Positions 14,701 to 25,482 of a stretch of 64,000 nt of DNA are shown here, in pieces; position 1 is the first letter of the stretch, and every line of letters begins with the position of its first letter. The stretch comes from Eledone cirrhosa (lineage: Eukaryota), in contig OZ024751.1 of NCBI GenBank assembly GCA_964016885.1, positions 42,098,001 to 42,162,000 on the forward strand, written 5' to 3'. A program made the translations under genes and the position numbers. The notes under the pieces are model-generated. The model was not told the DNA's origin, ran no database searches, and worked only from the letters and a program-made list of their open reading frames with translations.

Positions 14701-15018
14701 TTCCCTGCTTGCAAGGGTGGGACGGGAACTGATACTGGCTTGATTTCTACAGGTGGATGCCTTTCCCAACACCAACCTCATTTACAGTGAGTGCTGGGTG
14801 CTTTTTTGCCGTGGCACCTCCACGACCACTTTGCAGGGAGGCAGAAATGAGTGATAGGGACCCCAGTCCCTATCACTCATTTCTACAGCTGAGTAAACTG
14901 GAGCAATGTGAAATAAAGTGTCTTGCTCAAGGAAACAACACATCACCCGGTCTGAGAATTGAACTCACAACCTTTCGATTGCAAGGCTAATGCTCTAACC
15001 ACTAAGCCATGTGCCTCC
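14701..15018 (-). mobile_element. tRNA/CORE-type SINE family B
   Basis: Near-identical reverse complement of 24244-24582; 5' end abuts (TA)n. Confidence 0.9.
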
Positions 15019-15069
<51 letters not shown>

Positions 15070-15630
15070 AAAATAATCACTCACTCACTGAACTGTTATA
15101 TACATTATATATAGGCTGAGCTGTAATATATATATATAGACTTAATCCTGGGACAGTCGTGGGTGGGGCAGAGTCCTGTCAGAAGTAAACATCTCCAACT
15201 GATCCAGCTGGATGCCCCAAACGAGACCAGCTGAGCTCATGGAGGTTATCCAACAATCTTGCTTGGGGGTCTACACTTGGGTCTCCTGCCAGTTGGTTTT
15301 GCCTGTAAAATCTGTCCAGCGATTCTTTCCTGAGACATTCTAACCACATGCCCATAGTATCTGAGCAGTTTAAAACAGAAGCCTGAAAGAGGTTCACTGA
15401 TGAAGACTTTATAAACCATCTATCAATCCCTCTTTTTAAACTATGTAGCTACTAAGATTTATTGTTAACTGTAGTATTTTATCTCTAGAAAATATCTATC
15501 TATCTTGTGGAGATAAAATCATGAAGGAATGTAACAGATGTTCTGCACTGTAAAAATAAATGCATGCTTTAAGTCCTCTTAATAAACCCGTTACACTTCC
15601 TGGTCTCAAATTGGTGTTTATGATAGCTAC

Positions 15631-15997
15631 TAGCATTTAAACCAGTCATATCCGGCCAGAATTCTCTAACCACTTTCTGTTTAAACTGGCTGTAATCGGC
15701 CAGAATTCTCTTACCACTTTCTGTTTAAACTGACTGTAATCGGCCAGAATTCTCTCACCCCTTTCTGTTTAAACCAGCCATATCTGGCCAGAATTCTCTC
15801 ACCTCTTTCTGTTTAAACCAGCTGTATCTGGCCAGAATTCTCTCACCTCTTTCTGCTCAAACCAGCTGTAATCGGCCACTCATACTGACATTAAGGTATT
15901 GTTCTCATTAAAATCTCATAGATTTAATATTATGTGAGGTAAAGTCTTTACCGTGAAAATACAATAGTATATAAAGAGTAATGCGAATGCTAAATGG
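15631..15997 (+). mobile_element. MITE family 1 with internal ~45-bp tandem expansion
   Basis: About five GGCCAGAATTCTCT...TTTCTGTTTAAAC units, followed by the normal right end. Confidence 0.75.
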
Positions 15998-16419
15998 TTA
16001 ATAGAACTGTTACACTTTTTTCTCTTAAATTAGTGCTTATATCTTAATAGCATTTTAACCCTTTCATGACTGTATTTCTAGTGAAATACACCCTATCTCA
16101 ATTAATTTTAAAAGAATTTTGAGGGATTTCCTAAAATTAATTATCATATATCTTATATAAAATTGTCAGAAGATTTTTATTTAAATAGGAACTCTTTAAA
16201 ATGGATAGTTTTATTTCATAGAACCAAGGTTTATTTTGCTGGGTTAAGCCCAATCCTGATAAACACATACACACAATAGCTATAGCTTCTACTCCTAACC
16301 CTCACTCCACACTTCTGAGGCATACACCCTTTGAAAAAAAGTATATCCCAGCTGTGGTAGGGAGTGGTGGACTCCAACACCTCTGATTGACATACATACA
16401 GAGTAGACAATGGAGGAAA

Positions 16420-16730
16420 ATGACTACCATCACAATCATAACCATCTCTACCACTACCACCATCACCACCATCTCCACCACTACCACCATCACCACCACT
16501 ACCACCATCACCACCACTACCACCATCACAACCACTACCACCATCACAACCATCTCCACTACTACCACCATCACCACCATCTCCATTACTACCACCATTA
16601 CAACCATCTCCACTACTACCTCCTCCACCGTCACCTCTACTACTATCTCCATTACTACCACCATTACCTCCACCACTACCATCACCATTACCACCACCAT
16701 TACCTCCACCACTACCATCACCACCAGGAC
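16420..16730. repeat. (CAC/TAC/CAT)n trinucleotide low-complexity repeat
   Basis: Directly visible. Confidence 0.9.
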
Positions 16731-17241
16731 CTACTGACACACTGTACTTCTCATAATAAGTTGCTGCATATTACTGCAAATTACTGATCAATAACAAGAC
16801 ATAGATTAATAAGTTGATTACTGAATATATAGATGACACCCTGATATGTAGACAGGGCCTATGAGAGAGGGGTGGTCCAGTCGGTACTTAGTTCTAGGAC
16901 CCAAGATCTAAGAAAGCCCTACAGCAACCATGCACCATCCATTTTGAGAAAAATGTTTGCCTGCTTCGGCCCCTCCCAAAGGAACCTTGTACCACCTTGC
17001 AAAATTTTTCTTGGCAGCCCTGTATGTAGATGACATCCATATATATATATAGTTGGCACCCAGATAGTCAACTCGTACTTTTGATAGCAAGCCAGCTGAA
17101 GCCACCCCTAGCTCTAAGATACAAAACTATTTTTAAATGTTTATATTTATCTAAAAAAACAACTTCTATTGTGATTTCATGTAAGAACTTAAGGGCTGAA
17201 ATACTTGTGTAGGGGCTCATTTAAAATGGATGCTTTTGTTT

Positions 17242-17395
17242 CATTTTTCCACGTTCAGAGTTGCTGAAGCATGGAACAAACTACTTGCATTAATTGTTAG
17301 CTACCGAGATGCTGCATTCTTTAAAAGCTCCATGCTTCCTGAAATTCGCCAACACTACACTTGATATCCCCCCTCCATACACACACACAAACACA

Positions 17396-17433
<38 letters not shown>

Positions 17434-17555
17434 TTTCATGACTCATACGCTGTTCACTTTCCTGACATTTGTACATTATTCTATGTACTATACATGCACC
17501 TTTGATAAGTTGTAGTGCACCTGAGCACTACACAATTATTTCATTATTATTATTA
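17242..17555 (+). mobile_element. 3' end fragment of the CR1-like LINE found at 47186-49310
   Basis: Matches that LINE's last codons (AGAGTTGCTGAAGCATGGAACAAACTAC) and its 3' UTR GTTGTAGTGCACCTGAGCACT...(ATT)n. Confidence 0.85.
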
Positions 17556-19539
17556 TAATTTTACATAAGAACCAGATCCAGTTTGGGGTTGGTTGATATG
17601 AAATATTAAGTTGTATAAGTTTTGGACATGTTTGAAAAACTCTTAATTTATCTTGCCATATCATTAACTTGTAATATCTTGAAATGATTTAGCAGAAAAT
17701 ATCTAAAAACAAGTTTGTTGATTCAAATGATTAAGCTATTTTTACTAGTGGACAGATTATTGTGAAAATTAGCAGTAAACTAAAATAAAGACTTCAATTT
17801 TTAATATGATGGAGTCATAGTGCTGTTTTGTACTTTGTATGAATATCTTGCTTATGTGGTTTGATGTGGTACAGGATGTTAAAAGTTATCTTTGCTATCT
17901 TAGAGCAACAGTGTTCTGTAAACCTATATTTGCTTTAGTCACCATCTGTTACTATCTCACATAATACTTTATCCAGCTCTCATAACCCTTCTCACCTCTC
18001 CTTATACAGTGATCTCTCTCTCTATCTCTCTATCTCTGTTGCCTGTATAGTTCATTTGAATTTGTCAATTCTTCAAATTTATTGTTTTACTCTCTTTCCA
18101 GTGTTTTCCAGTATTTATAGAACTTTTCTCCACATTTTACCACCATTTCATTATCATACTTGCATTATGCAGCCATCTTTCTAAATAACGAGAAGAATAT
18201 ATTTCATTACCATGTTTTTAGTAAATGAAACTCTTTGGATTAATAAGAGAAGAATTTTGAGGGATTTGCTAAAATTATTTCAATTATTAGGATGGTATTT
18301 CTAACATTGCAAAAGGTTTTTATATAAAAATGATGTTGGAAGATTTTAATTTAAACCAGAACTGTTTAAAGTGAGTAGCTTAGTTCCTTGGCAACAAAGA
18401 CAGTTTTAGGTAGATTGGTAACAAGAGTTAATAGCAAAGATATTCTAAATTTCTAGTTAAGCTGGGAGATTTGAATTTAAATTGGAACTGCTTAAAATGT
18501 GTTCCATAGTAGCAGAGACAGTTTTGGTGGGACTGATATTGAAAGAGTTAAAGACACAGATACTCTAAATCTTTAGTTATGTTAGAAAATTTAAAATTCA
18601 GATCTGAACTGCTTAAAATGGGAGCCTTGTATGTTCCATAGTAGTAGAGTACAGTTTTGTTAGGGTTTGCTTTTGAAAGGTTTAGACAAACTCACTGTAA
18701 ACTTGTAGTTAGGAACTCTAGCTATTATATGTCCATAACTATGATAAAATCAATTAACAGAGCCTCTCACCTAATTTCAGTGTTATTACTACAACTATAG
18801 CTGAGAATATTTGCTAATGAGATCACTTTATCAATCATGTTTTTGTTGTTGTTTTTCACCAAAAAGCCATTATTTATTTAACTACAAATTGGTTGTAAAT
18901 GTGCTTTGTATGTGTTTCAGTAAATTACAGCCAAAATTTAGAATGTAGCATATAAAATGTACAATGTGTTCTATAAAGAAGTAGTAGTAGTATTAATACA
19001 TACTTTAACAGCATTCTAATAAGTGTGTATACATTTTGGGGGGACACCCTGTACATGTCTTTAAATCAATAGCACATCACTTATATTTCTAATGAAAGAC
19101 CTTGCCTATGAATTTCAATTAATTTTGAAAATAGAGTTTGGAGGGGTTTTGTAATATAACTAACCTTTTTCATTATTAAGGGTCTGAGTTCAAATCCCGT
19201 CAAGGTTAACTTTGCCTTTCAGCCTTACAGGGTCGATCAAATAAAGTACCAGTAATACACTAGGTAATTGCTAGCCTTGTGCTAAAAGTAGAAACAATTA
19301 TTAAGGGCTTGTGGATTGGCAGAATTGTTAAAGGATTGCACAAATGCTTAGTCATGTTTGTTCCAGCTCTTTACGTTCTGAGTTCAAATCCTGTCGAAGT
19401 CAGCTTTGCCTTTCATCCTTATGGGGGTCGATACCTGAGGCTGTAATAATATATCTTAAGGCTATAAGAAGCAGTTAAGGGCTGAAACACTTGCTTGAGG
19501 GGGTGTTTCTTCTCTGAAGACCTGCAGTTTCATACCACA

Positions 19540-20428
19540 TATATCTTAAGGCTATGGTGATATATCTTAAGGCTATGGTAATATATCTTAAGGCTATGGT
19601 AATATATCTTAAGGCTATGGTGATATATCTTAAGGCTATGGTAATATATCTTAAGGCTATGGTGATATATCTTAAGGCTATGGTGATATATCTTAAGGCT
19701 ATGGTGATATATCTTAAGGCTATGGTGATATATCTTAAGTCTATGGTGATATATCTTAAGGCTATGGTAATATATCTTAAGTCTATGGTGATATATCTTA
19801 AGTCTATGGTGATATATCTTAAGTCTATGGTGATATATCTTAAGTCTATGGTGATATATCTTAAGTCTATGGTGATATATCTTAAGTCTATGGTGATATA
19901 TCTTAAGTCTATGGTAATATATCTTAAGGCTATGGTAATATATCTTAAGGCTATGGTGATATATCTTAAGGCTATGGTGATATATCTTAAGGCAATGGTA
20001 ATATATCTTAAGGCTATGGTAATATATCTTAAGGCTATGGTGATATATCTTAAGGCTATGGTGATATATCTTAAGGCTATGGTGATATATCTTAAGGCTA
20101 TGGTGATATATCTTAAGGCTATGGTGATATATCTTAAGGCTATGGTGATATATCTTAAGGCTATGGTGATATATCTTAAGGCTATGGTGATATATCTTAA
20201 GGCTATGGTGATATATCTTAAGGCTATGGTGATATATCTTAAGGCTATGGTGATATATCTTAAGGCTATGGTGATATATCTTAAGGCTATGGTGATATAT
20301 CTTAAGGCTATGGTGATATATCTTAAGGCTATGGTAATATATCTTAAGGCTATGGTGATATATCTTAAGGCTATGGTGATATATCTTAAGTCTATGATAA
20401 TATATCTTAAGTCTATGATAATATATCT
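19540..20428. repeat. 21-bp minisatellite (ATATATCTTAAGGCTATGGTG)n, ~42 units
   Basis: Directly visible; G/T and G/A variants occur in blocks. Confidence 0.97.
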
Positions 20429-21706
20429 CAATTGTGCAGCCTGTGGAAATCAATGGTTATAGAAATATCTGTGTTTGTTGTGGACAGTGGTTTGTATGGT
20501 GATTCTGTTGGCAAAAACCTTCTGCTACTGGGCAGTTCTCCAAAACCATAATGATTATCTTCTAGTAACATTCAAGAGAAATTGCTGTCTAATACCATTA
20601 CTTCATTTTGTAGTAGCCAATGTATTTAAAACAAACAAAGCATTCATTGTCATTACTCTATCTTTTTGTTTGTTTTTCATCAACCAATGAAAGTTTCAAA
20701 AAAGAAAGCTGTGTGTGTGTGTGTGTAATCATTGTTTAGTGTTCATTTTTGCAAGAGTTGGACCTATTGTAACAGACTGAGTCAGAATTCAAGCAGAGCC
20801 ACTGACCTCTTAGATGTGCCAAGGCCCTGTATCTTACATATATACATTTTCATGCTCTGCCAAGTACTCAGAAGGGTTAGGAGCTTGCATCTATGTTCTA
20901 CCAAACATTCAGAAGGGTTGGCAGCTTGTATCTCACATATGTTTCCGTACTCTTCCGAGTGCTGAGAAGGGCCAGGGGTTTGCATCTTGTTTGCATATGT
21001 TCTCGTGCTCTACCAAGGGCATTTACAAATTTTTTTTTGGGGACTCAACACTAGGTAGGTTGTCCTGTCTTTGACACAGCTAAAGTCTCCTCATGATCTT
21101 TACTTTGGTAAGATTATTTTATGGCTGGATGTTCTTCCTATTATCAACCACTATTGGCTAAATAGCCTCACCAACCTGCAATAGGCCAAGTGTAGTGAGT
21201 ACAGCTACACTCCTGACATGACTAGAACCAAAAGTGGTGGGGGTCAACCAGGGAGGGGTTCCTCCAACAGGAGTGATTTGGGATTTGGGACATTTATTTG
21301 TTCTATAATAGACAGTATCTCTGATTTCATTCATGATTTTATCTTAATTTAAAATATCATAAAACAAAACACCAACAAGTGCTGAAATTTAATATCATCT
21401 GGTATTCCAGTCAAAGGTTGAAACACTTTAAATAGAAGCAGTTTTTGGGAAGGTTGCTATTCAAAAGGTTAACACGTTTTCCATTTCTCATACAGTAATT
21501 TTAGAAACCATTATTAATTCCTTTTAATATGTGGACAGTCACGAAGTCCAGTTATTAATCTTTCACTTGTATTCTGATGGTGTCAATGTCGAATTAATTC
21601 ATAAGTTATTTAATACATGAAATTAATTTTTGGACATCCACAGAACTTAAATGTCTTTCACAATGTATGAAATTGCTAACTTTAAAAATAGACTTCTTAT
21701 TATTGA

Positions 21707-21936
21707 CTCTTAACATCCTGTAATAATAATTTAGCAGAAAGATATTTAAAAACGGGGTTTCTTAATTCAAATGTTTATAGTATCCTTTCTAGTGAACAGA
21801 TCTTTGAGAAAAAGAAAAGAAATTGCAGTATTGGAATAAATACTTCAATTTTTAATGTGATGCAGTTTTAGTGCTATTACATAATTTTCAAGAATATCTG
21901 CCTGATGTGGTTTCATTTAGTCGAGGATGTTAAGAG
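21707..21936 (+). mobile_element. TTAA-type MITE family 3 (related copies ~12960-13230, 17640-17890, 29530-29710, 37320-37780)
   Basis: TIR CTCTTAACATCCT/AGGATGTTAAGAG-TTAA and shared internal CTAGTGGACAGAT-like motif. Confidence 0.65.
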
Positions 21937-22337
21937 TTAAGTGGTTAGATTCGAGCTTATACAATGCCTGCTATTGTTTGATTTTAAGCATTATCTAGGG
22001 ATAATTATCCACTTGATTTTTCTATTTCTCTCTGTCTCTATCTCTCTCTCTCTCTCTCTCTGATGGTCTCTCCCTCAGTCTCTTCATCGAGTTCTACCTC
22101 AATTGGTGCGTATATTTTTGATTCTCTCCAATTATGGTAGCACACTTATCCTATTTCTGTTTAATTTTCGATGCAGCTAATTCTCACTACAAGCCACTCA
22201 CAATTCTGCTAAACATTCAAAGTCTTAGAATTCTCATGGCATTGGTTTGTCTGTTTGTTTTCTGTCTGCTCACTCCTTTCTACCTCAGCTGGAACAATGA
22301 CAGCTTCTTGCTCGTGATTTTGCACTAGAGTCTAAAC

Positions 22338-22641
22338 TAGGGTTTCCCAACCTGAGCGATTGCTGGACGATGTAGAATTTTGTGTATTAAGAAGGTATTT
22401 CTACATATGCTACCTGAAAACAAATATTCAAAGGAGATATACAAAGCACCTGTATAAAAATAAAACAAACAAACAAACAAAAAAAAAAAGAGTTAAATTT
22501 GAATAACGAACCTGTAGCAAACTTTTACCAAACATTTTTGGTTTTTTTTTTATTTTTTTAGTATTTACTATTACAGGTGGACAGTGGAAAAATTTTCCAA
22601 GTGGAAGTGAGAGATGACCCAAAAAAGGTTGGGAACCCCTG
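22338..22641. mobile_element. Old hAT (Charlie-like) MITE
   Basis: TIR TAGGGTTTCCCAACCT/AGGTTGGGAACCCCTG; imperfect 8-bp TSD GTCTAAAC/ATTTAAAC. Confidence 0.65.
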
Positions 22642-22674
22642 ATTTAAACAAAATTAATAAGTAATATCAAGATT

Positions 22675-22890
22675 GATTTCTAATTTAGGCACAAGGCCAG
22701 CAATTTGTGGAGAGGTGGGAAAATCAATCATATTGACCCCTGGTCCTTGATTTGTACTTTATTTTAATCAACCCCAAAAAGATGAAAGTTAAATTTGACC
22801 TCTGCTGGGTTTGAACTCGGAATGTAAAGGGCTGTAACTGTCATGAGATAGGAGATATTTTCACTAATGCTCTACCAACTCAATCCACTG
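22675..22890 (-). mobile_element. SINE family A, minus strand
   Basis: Reverse complement of the family A tail, body and B-box. Confidence 0.75.
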
Positions 22891-23499
22891 CCCTTAGTAA
22901 TATCAAACAGCCTGTCTTGTTATACATAGATTGTATTAACCGCCTTTCTAATTAAATGCCCTTTATTTCATTACTAAAGTAATGGTTCTTATTTAAAATT
23001 ATGTTGAAAGATTTATATTTAAATATGAACCCTTTAAAGTGGGTTATTTTATTTGGTAGGTCCAGATCCTGTTTTGGTTGGGTTCATATCAAAAGGACTA
23101 ATGAATGACTTTGAAATACATAGTCAGAAAGAAAAAAAAACCCTATCCCCCAATATCATATATCTTTGCTTTCAAATTGTTATTCTTCAACTTTATTCAC
23201 CTTCTTCACACCCACACCCCCACTCATTAAAGAAACAACTCCAGTAAAATTTAAATTGATGGTTTTTAAACAAAACAAAAAAAATACAAAACAAACAAAA
23301 TATGAAATATAAATTAGTGTCCAGTTCCCACCACATTGCTTTCACATCACTTCACTGCTTCCAAAGTACTTGGATTTCCTTTTAAGTACTTCCATATTGC
23401 ATTATTATGTATGAACTGTCTTCTAAATACATCAAATATGTTATTTATTAAGCTGAAATTATGTTTTTGTTCTCAATTATATTCATATATATATACATA

Positions 23500-23678
23500 T
23501 GTAGTTGATGGTCAAGAGAAATGAGTACTCAATACCTAAGTAGAGTTTGAATATTCATTTTATTAAGGCTAAATAGAGTCTCGTTACTCTGGAGTTTCAC
23601 TTGCTTGCTTCTCACAGTCAGCAGAAAGACTGTCAGAAGCAGGTGAAAGAAGACCCACTATTTAGCCTTAATAAAATG
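23500..23678. mobile_element. TA-embedded fold-back element (related to 30024-30249)
   Basis: CATTTTATTAAGGCTAAATAG/CTATTTAGCCTTAATAAAATG arms; the unpaired flank AGTACTCAATAC is shared with ~30069. Confidence 0.65.
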
Positions 23679-23802
23679 TATATATATATATATATATAAT
23701 GTATGGTTGCTAGGATGCGTCCATAGGCAGTATGCCAGTTGAGCACTCTATGCTCCTACGAAGCAGAGTATGATAAAAGAGAATTTGCTTCGAAATCACT
23801 AG

Positions 23803-23895
23803 ACGTATCTGAGGAACTTGCGTATCTAGAGTCAGGTTTGATCCACAAACAGATCGCACCTCAAGCTGTTTGCTGGAGAAACAATTGTAATATGT
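23803..23895 (+). ncRNA. Putative type I hammerhead ribozyme with long stem II insert
   Basis: Stem I ACGTAT/ATATGT, core CTGAGGA at 23809, GAA-ACAATTGT-A (palindromic stem III, GUA cleavage after 23889). The base of stem II is degenerate. Confidence 0.65.
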
Positions 23896-24050
23896 AATAA
23901 ATTGAGTTCCGATGCATCACTAATTCTTCGTTTTCCATTTTATATATATATATATATATATAGTAATAATAACAAATTTGAAGACTAAAATCAAAAGAGG
24001 GCTCGATAACGATAAATATATATCAAATATATAAGAACTGTAGAGCAAAT

Positions 24051-24189
24051 ATTTATTAAAATAACAGATTAAAGTTTAAGCAAAGAATCGCTGCTTTCAC
24101 CCTTAACGGGATCTTCTGAAACTCAGAAGATCCCGTTAAGGGTGAAAGCAGCGATTCTTTGCTTAAACTTTAATCTGTTATTTTAATAA

Positions 24190-24191
<2 letters not shown>
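24051..24191. repeat. Perfect inverted repeat, 69-bp arms with 3-nt loop, inside a TA-flanked element (23962-24191)
   Basis: 24051-24119 is the exact reverse complement of 24123-24191 by eye. Confidence 0.92.
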
Positions 24192-24243
<52 letters not shown>

Positions 24244-24245
<2 letters not shown>

Positions 24246-24582
24246 AGGCACATGGCTTAGTGGTTAGAGCATTAACCTTGCAATCGAAAGGTTGTGAGTT
24301 CAATTCTCAGACTGGGTGATGTGTTGTTTCCTTGAGCAAGACACTTTATTTCACATTGCTCCAGTTTACTCAGCTGTAGAAATGAGAAGATAGGGACTGG
24401 GGTCCATATCATTCCACTGCAAAGTGGTCGTGGAGGTGCCACGGCAAAAAAGCACCCAGCACTCACTGTAAATGAGGTTGGTGTTAGGAAGGGCATCCAG
24501 CTGTAGAAATCAAGCCAGAATCAGTTCCCGTCCCACCCTTGCAAGCAGGGAAAAAGCGGACGTAAAATGAAATGATGATGAT
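24244..24582 (+). mobile_element. tRNA/CORE-type SINE family B, full length
   Basis: GGAGGCACATGGCTTAGTGGTTAGAGC A-box head, GAGTTCAATTC B-box, TCCTTGAGCAAGACACTT CORE-like motif, (TGA)n tail; TA tracts on both sides. Confidence 0.9.
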
Positions 24583-24728
24583 TTATATATATATATATGC
24601 AAAAGTTCTATTTAAATTGTTGGGATACAACAAGCAAATATTTTTATAACTGATATAAAGCACTCGACAAGTATTTGGAGTAGATATACGATATTAATAA
24701 ATGGAAACTATATTTATAAAACCATATT

Positions 24729-24791
24729 TATTTCATTATATATTTCAAGGATACCAAGTCAAACTATGGTATGCCTTCATCAGACAAAATA
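24729..24791 (-). ncRNA. Putative type I hammerhead ribozyme (left arm)
   Basis: Minus strand: TATTTTGT-CTGATGA-AGGCATACCA...TGGTATCCTT-GAA-ATATAT-A-ATGAAATA. Confidence 0.65.
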
Positions 24792-25022
24792 CAATATATA
24801 ACAGTTTTATAAATAGACATTGACGTACCCTTTTAAAAAGTGACAGTTGCTTTTGGAGGCCATCAGGATAGTGGTTTGTTTACTTTAGTAAGTCATAGTG
24901 TTAAGAGTAAATAAACTATGACTTACTAAAGTAAACAAACCACTATCCTGATGGCCTCCAAAAGCAACAGTCACTTTTTAAAAGGGTACGTCAATGTCTA
25001 TTTATAAAACTGTTATATATTG

Positions 25023-25087
25023 TATTTTGTCTGATGAAGGCATACCATAGTTTGACTTGGTATCCTTGAAATATATATAATGAAATA
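25023..25087 (+). ncRNA. Putative type I hammerhead ribozyme (right arm)
   Basis: Stem I TATTTTGT/ATGAAATA (8 bp with two G-U), CTGATGA, stem II AGG(C)ATACCA/TGGTATCCT, GAA-ATATATAT-A. Confidence 0.72.
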
Positions 25088-25482
25088 AATATAGTTTCCA
25101 TTTATTAATATCGTATATATATATATATATATATCTTTTTCTGTTACTCAGATAGTATTAAAGTTGAATTAGGTTTAACTGTTTTGGTGTAATACAACTA
25201 CTACTGATACAACTGAATGAAAAATGAACATTTCTTAATCTGTTGTTCAGATGTTTTGAGACTGCGTTGTTTCAGACTCCTCTCTATGTGATAACTGATA
25301 ATCATGTATTGATAATATAGGTTACTGGTGATGTTTTTATTTATTAAATAACTGTTTGTCCAGAAACATTGCATCACTTCGTCTGTTTGTTATGCTGCTA
25401 CGGTTGAAAGTGTCCGACTTTCTGTAGAATCGGTCAAGGTGATTTTTGACAATCAACATCGCATTATTTTAATTTTCTTTTC

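Larger units (their letters stand above)
24684..25118. mobile_element. ~200-bp-arm near-perfect fold-back element carrying hammerhead motifs (Penelope pLTR-like)
   Basis: Arms 24684-24899 and 24915-25118 are nearly exact reverse complements; unpaired flank 24599-24683; TA tracts on both sides. Confidence 0.85.

Noticed and set aside
16231-16787. Gly-, Thr- and His-rich ORFs resembling structural proteins
   Set aside because: Trinucleotide repeat open in several frames, with no splice or homology support.
19475-20462. Three ~300-aa repetitive ORFs
   Set aside because: Artefacts of a stop-free 21-bp tandem unit.
24244-24320. SINE heads as genuine tRNA genes
   Set aside because: Acceptor and anticodon stems do not pair properly, and the heads continue into multi-copy SINE bodies.
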